A stretch of DNA of 64,000 bases from Mobula hypostoma (Eukaryota): assembly GCF_963921235.1 (NCBI RefSeq), contig NC_086115.1:39308001-39372000 (forward strand), given 5' to 3'. The translations under genes and the position numbers were made by a program. Shown in pieces: positions 33,246 through 45,625 of the stretch. The notes under the pieces are model-generated. The model did no database searches. It had not been told where the DNA came from and saw only the letters and a list, made by a program, of their open reading frames with translations. Position 1 is the first letter of the stretch. Each line of letters starts with the position of its first letter.

Positions 33246-36200
33246 CCTGAGATGATACTTACTGGATAGTTCATTTTCAATAAACTGGCCTCCTATTACT
33301 AAAATGATAGCATTGCTCCCATTTTCAACACCGAGGTTGCCGGAAAATTTGTGAGTCTATGAGAATATAATTCCTCTTTCCACTGTTCAGTGAGATAGTA
33401 GCTGAGGAGTGATATGAATCCATACACTCATCTCTGGCCCATTTCCTTTACTGTCTTCTCCCTCTTTCAGAGAAATATATTCAGTATTAAGTAATCTCTT
33501 TACTAAGATTTTATCAGTTCCCAACATGTTAATTTGTTTTACACACAATAAACTCTCTGGCGCTGACAAGATGAAGAATAGAACCTAACTAGGTAATTAA
33601 TGATATGGGAAGCACAGAATGTTAGTTCTCAAGCTTAGGAGATAAGACGTTTCTATGAGGAGAATAAAATATGGAAACAATTTGGAACACCGTAGGTGAA
33701 ATGTCCAAGAAATACAGTGTTTTGCAAAAGTCTTGGGCACCATAGCAAGAGATAAACTTGCGCACTTCATATTTAGTTTAAGCGAGGTGTGGATGTATCG
33801 CGTGGTAGTGTGATAATGTATGCCAATTATGTACTTTCACAGCTAACTCACAATGCATTATGTAAACATCAAAAAATGCTCAATCAAACAATATATTTAC
33901 AATATTACTCAAATATTACTGATATATTAAATACACAATACTCCTCCCTGCTTAGTTATAAAGTCCAACTCAACACAGATGCATCTCAGCTTATATACAT
34001 ACACTATATATACAGTAGACTGCATAATCCAAGTACCAGACAGACATCCACAGCATAGTGAATTTTAACATGTCCCATTCAGGCCTAAATATTTAATTGC
34101 TGTGGAGGCTTTCTTATTCTTCTGGGATAACATCTTCCCTGACAGGGGGGCTCACTCTGCTTGGCAGGTGAAACTTGTGGCTGTGAAACAATCTCAGGTT
34201 CTGCGGCATCTGGTGGTTATAGGAGTTGACTTTGGGACTACAGGCAGTGGTTGTGAAGGCAGTAGCCACCTTTCTTCTCTCACAATTGACTGTGCTTTCG
34301 TCAACTGATTGGTACGTTGTCCCCAAGTGGTATCAGAAGTAGTTCTGTCCTTAATGTTTATGAATGCCCGTGTTTGATCACCTCTGTAGTCCCTTGCCAG
34401 GACTGCTTGCCCAGGAGTGAAAAAATCGAACCTCCTTGCTTTAGGAGCTTTCAATTTGTCTCAGCTGTTTCTCCTGCATATTGCTTCTGAGGTTGGGTTT
34501 GAGGAGATCCAAGCATGAATGCAAGGGATGCCTAGGAACAGCATAGCTGGTGAGGTGTTGGTTGAGCAGAGTGCTGCATTGCAATATGCCAGGAGAAATT
34601 TGGAGAGCTTCTGATTCGGTGTCAGTGTAATGTGTTCTGCTGACATTGCTTTAGGCTCTGGGCAAACCTTTCTACTGAGCCATTTGTAGCTGGGCGGTAC
34701 GGTGCAGATGTAATATGTCTTATTCCATTCATTTTGAGGAATGACTGAAACTGTTCCACAACAAACTGTGGTCCATTGTCACTTATTATGTGTTCCGGAA
34801 CACCAGTCCTTGAGAAGATGCTTCTCCACACATCAGTAGCATGCAAGGCTGTAGTGGAGGCTATTGGGAACTCTTCTGGCTACTTTTAGTTGGATCCACT
34901 ACTACTAAGCAAATCTACATAAATCCTCTGCCAGGGCAATGCAGGTCATTCCCAGGGGTGGAAAGGTGCTGCTCTAGGCATCTTCTGGACGTGTTGGCAG
35001 CTCGAACAGTGCATGGCAAGCTGCTTGATCTGCTGATCTATCGCAGGCCACCAGGCAAAGCTTTCATTTTAACCATGCCTAGATGACTGACATGTGTGTC
35101 CTCCAACACCCTAGCTTTCAGTTTGGATGGTACAACGACTCTCAATCCTCACATTGGCAATTTCCATCAAGGGCAAGTTCATCCCGGCGCTGGTAAAAAC
35201 AGGGGAACAGGAGTTTCTGTTGTACGTTCCAGCTGTTTTGAATGGCCATGTGTACCTGAGACAATGTGGGTTTTTTTCTGGTTTCCCTTTGGATCATCTC
35301 TGCCAGAATAGTATGACTTTCGATTTGCATTGGGGAGAATACATCAAGAGGAGTGTCCTCTTTTGTTAAGTTTTTCGGGTATTTCCTTTTCCAAAGGTAA
35401 ATAGGACAATCCATCCACATTTCCATAATTAGTCATCCTTGAATTCAACCTTGTAATTGTGTCCTCCAAAAAATAGAGCCCTTCTCTATATCTGAGCTGC
35501 TGTTGTTAGTGGAACACTCTTCTGTGGATTGAAAATGGGCACTCGTGGTTGATGATCAGTAACGAGGGAAAACTCTCTCCCTTACAAGAATGAGTTAAAA
35601 TGTTTCACACCCCAAACCAGACTCAAGGCCTCTCTGTCAATCTGTGCGTAATTTTTCTCTGCAGTGGTAACGGAGTGTGATGTAAAGGCTATGGGGTGTT
35701 CACTTCCATCACCCAAACATGTGACATCACTGTTCCTATACCTTCATATGAGGCATCTCAGGCAAGCTTCACTAGATGATGTGGATCATAATATGTGAAT
35801 ACAGTGTCTGATATCACCATTTCCCTTACCTTTCTGAAAGTCATCTCACACTGCTTTGTCCATTGCCATTTCTTCCCAATTTGTAGTAATGAATTCAAGG
35901 GGTGGAGCACAGTAGCCAGGTTTGGCAGGAACCTGTTATAGTATTGACAAATCCTAAAAAGGACCACAACTGTGACACAATCGTTGGCCCTGGGGCATCC
36001 ACCACTGCTTTAATTTTCTCAGCCCACTTGTGTAATCCTTCTGTGTTGATGGTGTGACCACAGTAAGCGATGCTTAGTTTAAAGAATTCACACTTCTTGT
36101 ATTGTGCACTGAGCCTATCAGCTTCTAATATTTTCAGTGCTGCTTTAAGATTTTGGAGATGTTCCTTATTATCCTTAACAGTAACAATGGTGTCAACCAG

Positions 36201-37813
36201 GTAAAACTGAGTGCCCGGGCAGCCTTGCAGCACCTGGTTCATACCTTTCTACCGAAGTGCAGGTGCAGATGCTACTCCAAAAATAAGCCTGTTATAGCAA
36301 TATAGCCCTTTGAGAGTTTTTATGGTGAGAAACACTTTGGACTTTTCTTCCATCTCCATCTGTAGGTAGCCCTCAACTAAGTCCACTTTGCTGAAGTGTT
36401 TCTCTCTAGAAATGTTTGCAGATGTATTCTCTATCCTGGTCAGAGGATATTGATCTACTTTCAATACTGGGTTGATGGTGGCCTTAAAATAACCACAGAT
36501 CCTGATTGACCAATTCTTCTTGGCTACTGGGACCACTGGCATTGCCCATGGGCTCCACTCAACCTGGGAAAGAATTCCTTCAGCCTCTTGTGATCTAGCT
36601 GACTGGTTACCTTCTCACAGATGGTACCAGGAACCAGATGGGCTTTGTAAAATTTGGGTGTGGCATTTTTATATAATGCTGTTTTACCCTTGATATGTTT
36701 GAGTTTTCCAACAGCATTCTTGAACACTGCTGTGGCATCATCCAGTATCTTTCTTACTTTGCTTTCAGTTGGCTTTACTGCAGGGGATGGAGCATGCAAA
36801 ATGGCAGATGGATCTCTAATCAATTGTGATTGTCCCAGCCAATCACGCACCTGCAATGCTGGCCTCCTGGTTTTTACCCCATTCAAGCAATGTGTTTCAC
36901 TGTTACAAATATCATTCACACAGGAGTTATTTTTTGTCTGGTATAGTAAGCTCTGAATTGGTCATCTGCATGCTTCAGTTTAGTATCTTTGAAATACCAT
37001 TCAAGCTCATTTAATAGAATGTATGAAACAGCTGAGCCAGTGACCAAGCTTCACTGGACCATGTGGATCATAATGTGTGAGTCCAGTGTCTGATATCACC
37101 ATTTCCTTTGTCTTTTGGAAAGCCTCCTCACATTGCTCTGTCCATTGCCATTTCTTCCCGATCTGTAGTAATGAGTTCAAGGGGGTGGAGTACAGTAAGC
37201 AGGCTTGGGAGGAACCTGTTATAGTTGTTGCATTTCACTGTTACAAGTGTCAATCCCATAGGAGTTATATTTTCTCCAGTATAAGTTCTGGTTGGATAAC
37301 TGCAGGCTGCAGTTCAGTACCTTTGAAATGCTGTTCAAATTCATTCTGTGGAATAACTGAATCAGCTGAACCAGTGATCAAATCAATTTTATTTAATTTA
37401 CCTTTCACTTCTGATGTATGCCATATTGCTTTTCTATTGTTAGTTTTCACTTTGTAAGTCTTAAGGCTACTCAGTCCTGAGTCTTTCTCATCATTATCAG
37501 ATTTTTCATCAACAGTGTGCAGATTAGTGCTCTCCTTGAGACAGCAACTTAATTTTTAGCTTATTCTCTTCTGTGTGGTCCTTTTATTTTTGTCTGCCTA
37601 ATATGCTCTTTGTATGTGTCCTACTTGTTGCATTTTCTGCAAGTTTCAACTTTAAATCTGCATTGCTCTGGTGTATAGTACATGAGCACCTGCCACAATA
37701 GTTACACAATTTGTTTGGCTGGGCAGGTTTTTGTTTAGATGTTGCAATCAAGAATGTTTTCAGCATTAATGTTCCTGCATTACTTTCACAATATCAGCAA
37801 AGCTCATTTTGGT

Positions 37814-38056
37814 TGTGATGCACTATCAATTACTCCAAAAGACTGGAAGTAGAGTAAATACTGAAAGGCTTTTATTAACAGTAAATGGACCAATGTCCAT
37901 GCTGAGTATCTGTCCTGGACTGAGGGAGGAGCGGTGGCACAATCACCTTTATTCAGCGATCTGTGGGAGGAGCCACAGGAGCAGTCAGCAGAGGGGCGTG
38001 TCCAGACATGTCCAGACAGGTAACCCAGTTACAACCTATATACGTGGTTTACCACA
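37814..38056 (-). mobile_element. Solo LTR nested in gag of the Gypsy element
   Basis: TGTGATG...ACCACA. Removing it restores gag PAKPTKMSF. GGTT duplication (left copy overlaps the LTR first T). AATAAA on the minus strand. Confidence 0.8.
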
Positions 38057-38175
38057 GGTTGGTTTGGCTGGAGCAAACTTCTCAGCAAATGGTATTCATT
38101 AAATCCAATGCAATCAGCAAAACCAGTACTTGTTTCTCATTGGCTATTCCGTTTGCTTTAAAGTACTGCTCAATT

Positions 38176-38182
<7 letters not shown>

Positions 38183-38216
<34 letters not shown>
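38183..38216. repeat. (TA)17 microsatellite expanded inside gag
   Basis: Direct reading of the sequence. Confidence 0.95.
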
Positions 38217-38219
<3 letters not shown>

Positions 38220-39439
38220 CAGTTATCTGTTGTGTAATCAAATGTGTCAATCTTTCTGATGTGGCCTGCCATTTTTCTCTTTTTTTATGATTACACACTC
38301 TACTGACAGGTCCGCCAGTACTCACTGGTTATGAACCCGGGAATTCTTCCATTTTCTGCCTTTTTAAAACATGTAATTGTCTTTCCATTTGTGAAGAAAA
38401 CATCCTCTGTGCTTCAACAGGCAGGTAGTCATCTCGGGTTCATTTAAAACGTTTTTGTCGCCACTATTATGTTTTGTAACTCCAAAGCATAAAAACTAAT
38501 TGAAAGTAACACAAGGGAGCTGGGAATGTGAGTCTAACTTAGTTTTTTACTTTAAGTGAGGTGCACAATTATCAGGTGGTGGTGTGATGATGTATGCCAT
38601 TTACATACTTTTACAGATATACATAACGCATTATGTAAACAACAGAAATGCTGAATTAAACAATATATTCATAACATTAGTCAGATAATACTGATATATT
38701 AAATACATAACAGAACCAAGGTAGGCTTCATATATTGTTTAAAATTATGCCATTCCTACTATGTTTCAGATGTGCTGCCTTGGAAAGCTGTGAAACCAGA
38801 ACAATGTACTGGACTGAAGCCTTTAGTTATAGAGATGAATAATTTCTATTTTTAAGTGATGATATAGAAGGACATATTTTTCAAGACTTTGCTATCAACA
38901 GGGAGCCCCGCCTGCCAGATGTGCATATAAAGAAATCAGAACCATGCTGCACTTTATCATTTTCTTTTGCATGGTTTGTTCCAGCAACGAGCTGGCACAA
39001 ACATAATGTGTCAAATGGCTTCCTTCTGTGCTGTGAACTTCTAAACTTCATGGTCCTCTAGCTGGCAGAAATCCCTGCTGTCACTGTGGATTGGAGATAT
39101 TATCTCAGCATTAGACGTATTTTGCATGCCTGTATTTCTATTTGTGTACTAATAAGATGATGGGAAATATTTTTTAGATATTTGTTTCAAAAATAATAAC
39201 CGAGTAGGTGAAGATACAGGAAGGACTAAAGCCTAGAGCTTAAACTGTACAATTGCAAAAGATTTCTAGAAGTAGGAGGCAGTGTACATCCGCCCCGCTC
39301 AAGTTTTTTTTTTGCATCTGCATGCCCTACATCAGGCCTTTGTTGTTTTTTTTTTGTTTTGGCATTAAGGTGGGAGTTTGGAAAACCTGTCAGTCCTTAC
39401 AGACTGGTGCATAATGAATGTAGCACAATCATCTAGATT

Positions 39440-39790
39440 CATAGAATCATAGAGCACTACAGCACAGAAATAGCCCCTTCAGACTATCTAGTCCATACTG
39501 AACTATTATTCTGCCTAGTCCCAGCAACACGCACCTAGACCATAGCCGTCCCATCCACATACTTAACCAAACTTCTCTTAAATTGTGAAATCGAATCTGC
39601 ATGCACCATTTCTGTTCATGTTCCACACTCTCACCAGCCTCTGAGTGAAGTTGCTGCCCCTTATGTTCCCCTTAAACCTTTTTCATCTTTCACCCTTAAC
39701 CCTTGACCTCTAGTTGTTATCTCACCCAACCTCAGTGGAAAAACCTGCTTGTGTTTACCCGGTCTGTACTCCTCATAGTTCTGTATCCCA
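39440..39790 (-). mobile_element. CR1-type LINE 3' end
   Basis: Reverse tail 'catagaatcatagagcactacagcacagaa' and 3' coding remnant 'cccttaaacctttttcatctttcacccttaaccc'. Confidence 0.7.
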
Positions 39791-41306
39791 AATATATATG
39801 CCATTATTTGCACAAGCTACTCTGACAGCACTTCACAAATTGGTGACCCCTATCATCAAGAAGGACAAGAATAGCAGGCACAAGGGAACACTGTCACCTG
39901 GAAGTTTCCCTCCAAATCACACGCTAGTCTATTTTGGAAATAGCTTGCCATTCCTTTATTGTTGTGGGTCTAAATCCTCAATCTCCCATTTCAAAGAATA
40001 TAGCTGTTCAAGCAGATGGTTCACCATCACCTTCTCAAGGGCAACTAGGAATTAAAAATAAACATGACTCCTGTCAGCTTTGGCCATATCTGGTAAATGA
40101 ATAGAAGAAGGACTTTAAATTTCCAATACATCAGTACATTTAATGAATATGGTAGTATTTATTTCCTATACCAGAGTTTATGTTAAGATTTCAAATAAAA
40201 ACTTTTATGTTAGTACGATGAACTTACTTATGCAATATAGCACTGGAGAGACACATTCCTTTCTCTGTTTAAAACCTGGTTGGGGGAGAAGTCCTGCTAC
40301 ATTAATGTCTGAGATGATTACTTTTCATGTTTCTTTGTAATAATGAAGCAATTCTATCTACTTTGTAAATATCAGATAAAAATTATTATCGAGTTAACTT
40401 TTTCTTGGACATGTGACATTTGTTTATGATTTATCTTCACAAAATTTCCTTATAAAATCAGTTTTGCTGTGGTCCTTGGGGATCTGTGGTGTAGCCCTGA
40501 ACTTGTTCCAAAATCTTGCTTACAGAAGTCCGGAATAAAGTTACAATACAAAACATGAAGCACACTTATGTGGAGGAGAAAGCGATGAAGGTGTGCCGTC
40601 TATGTTCAGGAGAGATAAAGAGCACAAAAGGAAATTGTGAAAGGAAAAGAGAGTTTCAGTAATGACAAGTTTGCATATGTGAAAAGGCATATGTAGGGCA
40701 GGAGAAAAGGAAACCAAACAGAGAAATAACAACAAAGACTTTTATTTCTTTCAGACAAAATGTGAAAAGAGATTAGCTAGTGTGGTCCTGTAAATAGAAA
40801 GTCACTTTAGCCTGCAGAGCCATGGTAATTGGGGCTATATACAGACAAGTAAAGTCTAAAAATAAACATCCAATTCTGTTTCCTTCCTGATAGTGCTTGG
40901 GTGACTAAAGTTGAGTTAAGGTACCGCACTGTTCTACTTGATGTACAAGAATACTTATCTGGTTTCTTGGCCTGCCATTATTCAGCCTTTCCTCATGTTA
41001 ATTATGAACCATCTGAGTATTTTTTTAAATCACCAGCCGCAAAATGTGGATCTTTACTGTGCAATAAGCTGCAACGTTACCAAATAATTTCTTCCAGTTC
41101 GAACATAACATAGCCTCATCTTAATTACAATTATGACTTGTGTGCAGAGTGCGGGCTGTTGGACAGGTATCCTTAATGGCTGCTTCTGATTTAATTCCAG
41201 TAGTCTGTTAGTAACCTCAGTAACTTTTACAGATATTGAAATGCCACTCACTGAAGATCACAAAATTAAAAAAAAAGTTCTAACAGTTTGCATTTTCTTT
41301 CTGTAG

Positions 41307-41481
41307 TGATTCAGTTACACATATTGTAACTGAGAATAACTCCTGGAATGAGATTTGGGACTGGATTCAAACACAGAAGATGTCAGATGCTAACAAGCTA
41401 AATTTACTTAATATCTCCTGGTTTACAGAGAGTATGGGTGCTGGTAAACCTGTAGACATCGAAGAACGCCACAGACTGCAG
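41307..41481 (+). CDS. DNTT: Terminal deoxynucleotidyl transferase, coding exon 2 (BRCT domain)
   Basis: Acceptor ttttctttctgtag|, 175 nt, phase 2 in and phase 0 out, donor CAG|GTAAAT. Reads (S)DSVTHIVTENNSWNEIWDWIQTQKMSDANKLNLLNISWFTESMGAGKPVDIEERHRLQ vs human SDSVTHIVAENNSGSDVLEWLQ...LLDVSWLIECIRAGKPVEMTGKHQL. Splices in frame to exon 1 (AG+T = Ser). Confidence 0.97.
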
Positions 41482-42305
41482 GTAAATGTAATGCCCCTTT
41501 TATAATTTATATATATTATAATGCAGTGTTTCATTATGATGCGATTATGCACTCTGAAATATAGAAGAGTAAAGATAAATGTTTTGCTTCTTTCAAATAC
41601 TTGTTACATTGCCCTAATTTAAATAAATTGGCATTTTATTGCATGTTTAATGGAATAGAATTCTGGTAATTTATGGAAAAGGCAAAACAAACCTGTTGTT
41701 CACACTATACAATATGTTTCTATCTATTCTAGATCTACTTTCTACCCTTTGGTCTGTTATTTGCTTGGTTGTGTCATACTATTTACTCATCCAATCATTC
41801 TTATATTATCTTCCACCCCAGTTCAATTAAACTAATTGCTGGAAAATTACTAATTCTTTTAAAATTAAAAACTCTTCAATTTTCATGCTGTTGGAAGAAT
41901 TCCAAAGAAGCTGAAAGCAATAAACAATATATGAAAATAATATTGCACTAGATCAAGCATTGGTATTAAATTGCAAGGGTTAGACAATTGATACACTAAT
42001 GCTTCAATTTATGAAGAATGTTTATTTGTATGGAGGATCCTGCCCTCTTCGGAGAATTTCCTTTCCTTCCAACCATGTCTTTTAAACATAATTCCACAAT
42101 TAATCATTTGATGATACCAGCATTGATATTTACCTAACAACTGTCTTAAGAAATGATTCCCGATTCAGTGCAAGTTTATATTCAAGGTATTTTCTACTTC
42201 ACACTTCCTTAACAATGCTGAGATGGAAATCACTTGCTTAATTTTGATTATTGCCCTGTCATGATCTGACATTAGTTTACGGATTATATGGTATGTTGTC
42301 CTCTT

Positions 42306-42622
42306 CCTGAGGGCACATGGCCAAGTGGTTAAGGCATTGGACTAGCGACCTGAGGGTCGTAAGTTCAAGCTCCAGCCGAGGCAACGTGTGTTGTGTCCTT
42401 GAGCAAGGCACTTAATCACACATTGCTCTGCGATGACACTGGTGCCAAGCTGTATGGGTCCTAATGCCCTTCCCTTGGAGAACATTGGTGTTGTGGAGAG
42501 GGGAGACTTGCAGCATGGGCAGCTGCTGGTCTTCCATACAACCTTGCCCAGATCTGTGCCCTGGAGAGTGAAGACTTTCCAGGCGCAGATCCATGGTCTT
42601 GCAAGACTAACGATGTCTTTAC
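42306..42622 (+). mobile_element. tRNA-derived SINE (central 'tgtgtccttgagcaaggcactta' domain)
   Basis: A box TGGCCAAGTGG, B-box-like GTTCAAGC, 9-bp TSD TGTCCTCTT (42297-42305, 42623-42631). Second copy at 44860. Confidence 0.9.
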
Positions 42623-42934
42623 TGTCCTCTTTCTTTATTTGTAGAATGTAATTATTGAACTTGCCCACATTTTGTCATTGTCATGGTGATAGATCCATGC
42701 AGTGAAGAAACCCACAGCCACACTTAGGCCAACCATCATGGTTATCTACTGTAGAGTAATCATTGATTTCATATCCTGCTTTATTCGTTCAAGTACCTGT
42801 CCAGGTTCCTCTTAAATATCATTCCTGTATCACCACCACCTCTGGCAGGCCATTCAAGATATCAACTACTCTTTGTGTGAACAGTTGCCCTCTCAGGTTA
42901 TCAATGGGCTGAATGGCCTAGTTCTGGCCCTACA

Positions 42935-43230
42935 GGTATGGCATTGGTAGCTTGCAGAGTGTTAGCTGTAATATTGGGGTTCAATTCCAGCTGCTGTTTT
43001 TAAGGAGCTTCTATTTTCTCCCAACACAGTGTGGGTTTCCTCTGGGTGCTCTGGTTTCCTCCTACATTCCAAAGATGTACAGGTTACAGTTAGTAGTTGT
43101 GGGCATGCTATGTTGGCATTGGAAACATGGTGACACTTGCAGGCTACCCCCAGCACATCCCAATGCAAGCAACGCATTTCACTGTATGTTTTGCTGTTTC
43201 AATGTACATGTGACAAATAAAGAAAATCCC
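42935..43230 (+). mobile_element. V-SINE-like SINE with Rex/Babar-like 3' tail
   Basis: GGGTTCAATTCC B box, V-domain, ends 'gcatttcactgtatg...gtgacaaataaag'. Confidence 0.7.
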
Positions 43231-44754
43231 TTTGTCTTTATGTCTTATGATTTTATAGCTATGGTCTGAAACCTTGTACCTCTTATCTTAAACATACTCT
43301 CTACTTTTTGATACCTCTACCATAAGAAATGGACTTGAGCTATCTTCCCTATCACTGCTTCTCATATTTTTCTAAACCTCTGTCATCTCATTTCTCAGCC
43401 TCCTTTGCTCTAGGGAAATAAAATACCTATTCTGTCCAATCCCTCCTTATAACTCAAACCCTCCAATCCTGATAACAATACTGTTACATTTCTTCTGCAC
43501 CCCCTCTAGCTTAGTGATAGAAGGTTTTGGTAACATTAAAGATTACAACTTGCCTGACAGCAGCATCCAGCTGGGATTTTATCAGGACACCTTGGTTCCA
43601 GACCCTGGTCCAAATATGAACCAAAAGAGCTGGATTATGGGTGTGAGGTGAGAATGACAGCTCATCATATCATGGCAGCATTTGACTGAGCATGTTGCCA
43701 AGGCACCCAAGAGAACTGAAATCATTGGGCATTTTGGTAAATGCAGGTGTAACCAACCACCAGCACCATTGATTCACTTCTTACAACAAATCTAATCCAT
43801 CCTCTTGAGACTATTAACAAGATTAAGCCTTACTTTGTGACTCCTTTGCGAGTCTATTTTATGTTCATTAAATTCTCTTTATAGGATTGTAATTTGTCAT
43901 CCTTTCTTAACTAAAAGATTTTTAAGAGAAATTCCAATAATAGAAACTTTCATAATGAAACCTCAATTTTCGATTTTTCAACAGACTATAGGGTAACCCA
44001 CACTGGAGTCTAAGTGCATCAGTTTCTTTATTCATTTATGGGCATTGATGTTATTTTGGACAAGCATAATATTTTATACAGTATATTTAAAGCACTTGTG
44101 AAGCAAATGATGTGCTATCAATAAATATAACCATATGATGGCACTGTGGAATGGGAAGCATTTAAAGACAAAAACTTACAGAAAGACTGGATAAATGTCA
44201 CCATCTATTTTGTGCAAGAAAATTCAATATAAAATTCATCAAAATGTTTCTGAAGTATAAACTGCAGTGCTTATAATAGTACATAATGTGTCATGTAATA
44301 GTACCTGCAGAAGAAGATATTTAATCACTTGAGTCTGTATTGGTTCTCCGTAACTGCAATCCAATTAGCCCCATTCTCCTGCTCTTTCTCTGTCTTTCTG
44401 TTGATTTTCTCTTTTAAACATATTTAATTTTGGTTTGAAAGCCATCATTAAATTTGCATTAAAAAGATTTTCCCCATTTTTCCTTTGATTCTTTTGCCAA
44501 TTATTTTAAATCCATGACCATTAAATCATTAATGACTCATGGGAAACCCAACCAGAAATCCACTGGCCCATAAGCTGGTGCTCACCAGTGTGCTGCTCGT
44601 CCATGACTTCTGTGCATTCTCACCTGTGATTTGGAAATGCTAATCGTAGCCTTTTCCATATTCACATGCATTAAGCCCATGTTATTTCATGACTTCTCTG
44701 TTTCTCATGTAGATAGCATTGCACATTAGTTCTGCTCTGGAACATTCAACCATG

Positions 44755-45625
44755 ATTCAAATTGAATTGACTTTATTTCTTACATCCTTCACATACGTGA
44801 GGAGTTAAAATCTTTATGTTACATCTCCATCTAAATGTGCAATGTTCAATTTATAATAAAGTAAGTAAAGTAAAGGCATCCGTTAGTCTTGCAAGACCAT
44901 GGATCTGCGCCTGGAAAGTCTTCACTCTCCAGGGCACAGGCCTGGGCCAGGTTGCATGGAAGACCAGCGGTTGCCCAAGCTGCAAGTCTCCCCTCTCCAC
45001 GACACCAATGTTGTCCAAGGGAAGGGCATTAGGACCCATACAGCCTGGCATCAGTGTCATCGCAGAGCAACATGTGATTAAGTGCCTTGCTCAAGGACAC
45101 AACACATGTTGCCTCGGCTGAGGCTCGAACTCACGACCTTCAAATCGCTAGTCCAGTGCCTTAACCACTTGGCCATGTGCCCACTCAATTTATAATAATT
45201 TGTAATAAATAGCATGTACAACAGGACAGTCAATATAGCATAGAAATACATTCGTATCAGTGTGAATTAATCAGTCTGATGGCCTGGTGGAAGAAGCTAT
45301 CCCAGAGCCTGTTGGTCCTGGCCTTCATGCTGCGGTATCGTTTTCAGGATGGTAGCAGCTGAATGAGTTTGTGGTTGGGGTGACTCGGGTCCCCAATGAT
45401 CCTTTGAGCCCTGTTTATGCACCTGTCTCTGTAAATGTCCTGAATAGTGGGAAGTTCACATCTACAGATGCGCTGGACTGTCCACACCACTCTCTGCAGA
45501 ACCCAGTGATTGAGGGAAGTGCAGTTCCCATACCAGGCAGTGATGCAGCCAGTCAGGATACTCTCAAATGTGCCCCTGTAGAAAGTCTTTAGGATTTGGG
45601 GACTCATGCCAAACTTCTTCAACCA
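44755..45625 (-). mobile_element. Rex/Babar-like LINE 3' fragment carrying a SINE insertion
   Basis: ORF 45344-45691 FFHLRWLKKFGMSPQILKTFYRGTFESILTGCITAWYGNC. Confidence 0.88.
44860..45184 (-). mobile_element. tRNA-derived SINE, same family as 42306
   Basis: Perfect 14-bp TSD TCAATTTATAATAA (44846-44859, 45185-45198), short TTTAC-type tail, B box GAGTTCGAGCC on the minus strand. Confidence 0.92.

Larger units (their letters stand above)
33770..38712 (-). mobile_element. Gypsy/Ty3 LTR retrotransposon, near full length, decayed and chimeric
   Basis: 5' LTR 38470-38712 (TG..CA) with TGGCGAC-type PBS at ~38456-38463. Partial 3' LTR ~33770-33940 with PPT CTAAGCAGGGAGGAG. gag (MAGHIRKIDTFDY..IEQYFKANGI), RT (VVPVAKKNWSIRICG, RLIFGVASAPA, YLVD), integrase (IISDNGPQF, SAPYRPATNGSVERF). 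Confidence 0.92.

Noticed and set aside
38856-38990. AGTGATGA C-box suggesting an intronic C/D snoRNA
   Set aside because: No D box (CTGA) or terminal stem at a suitable distance.
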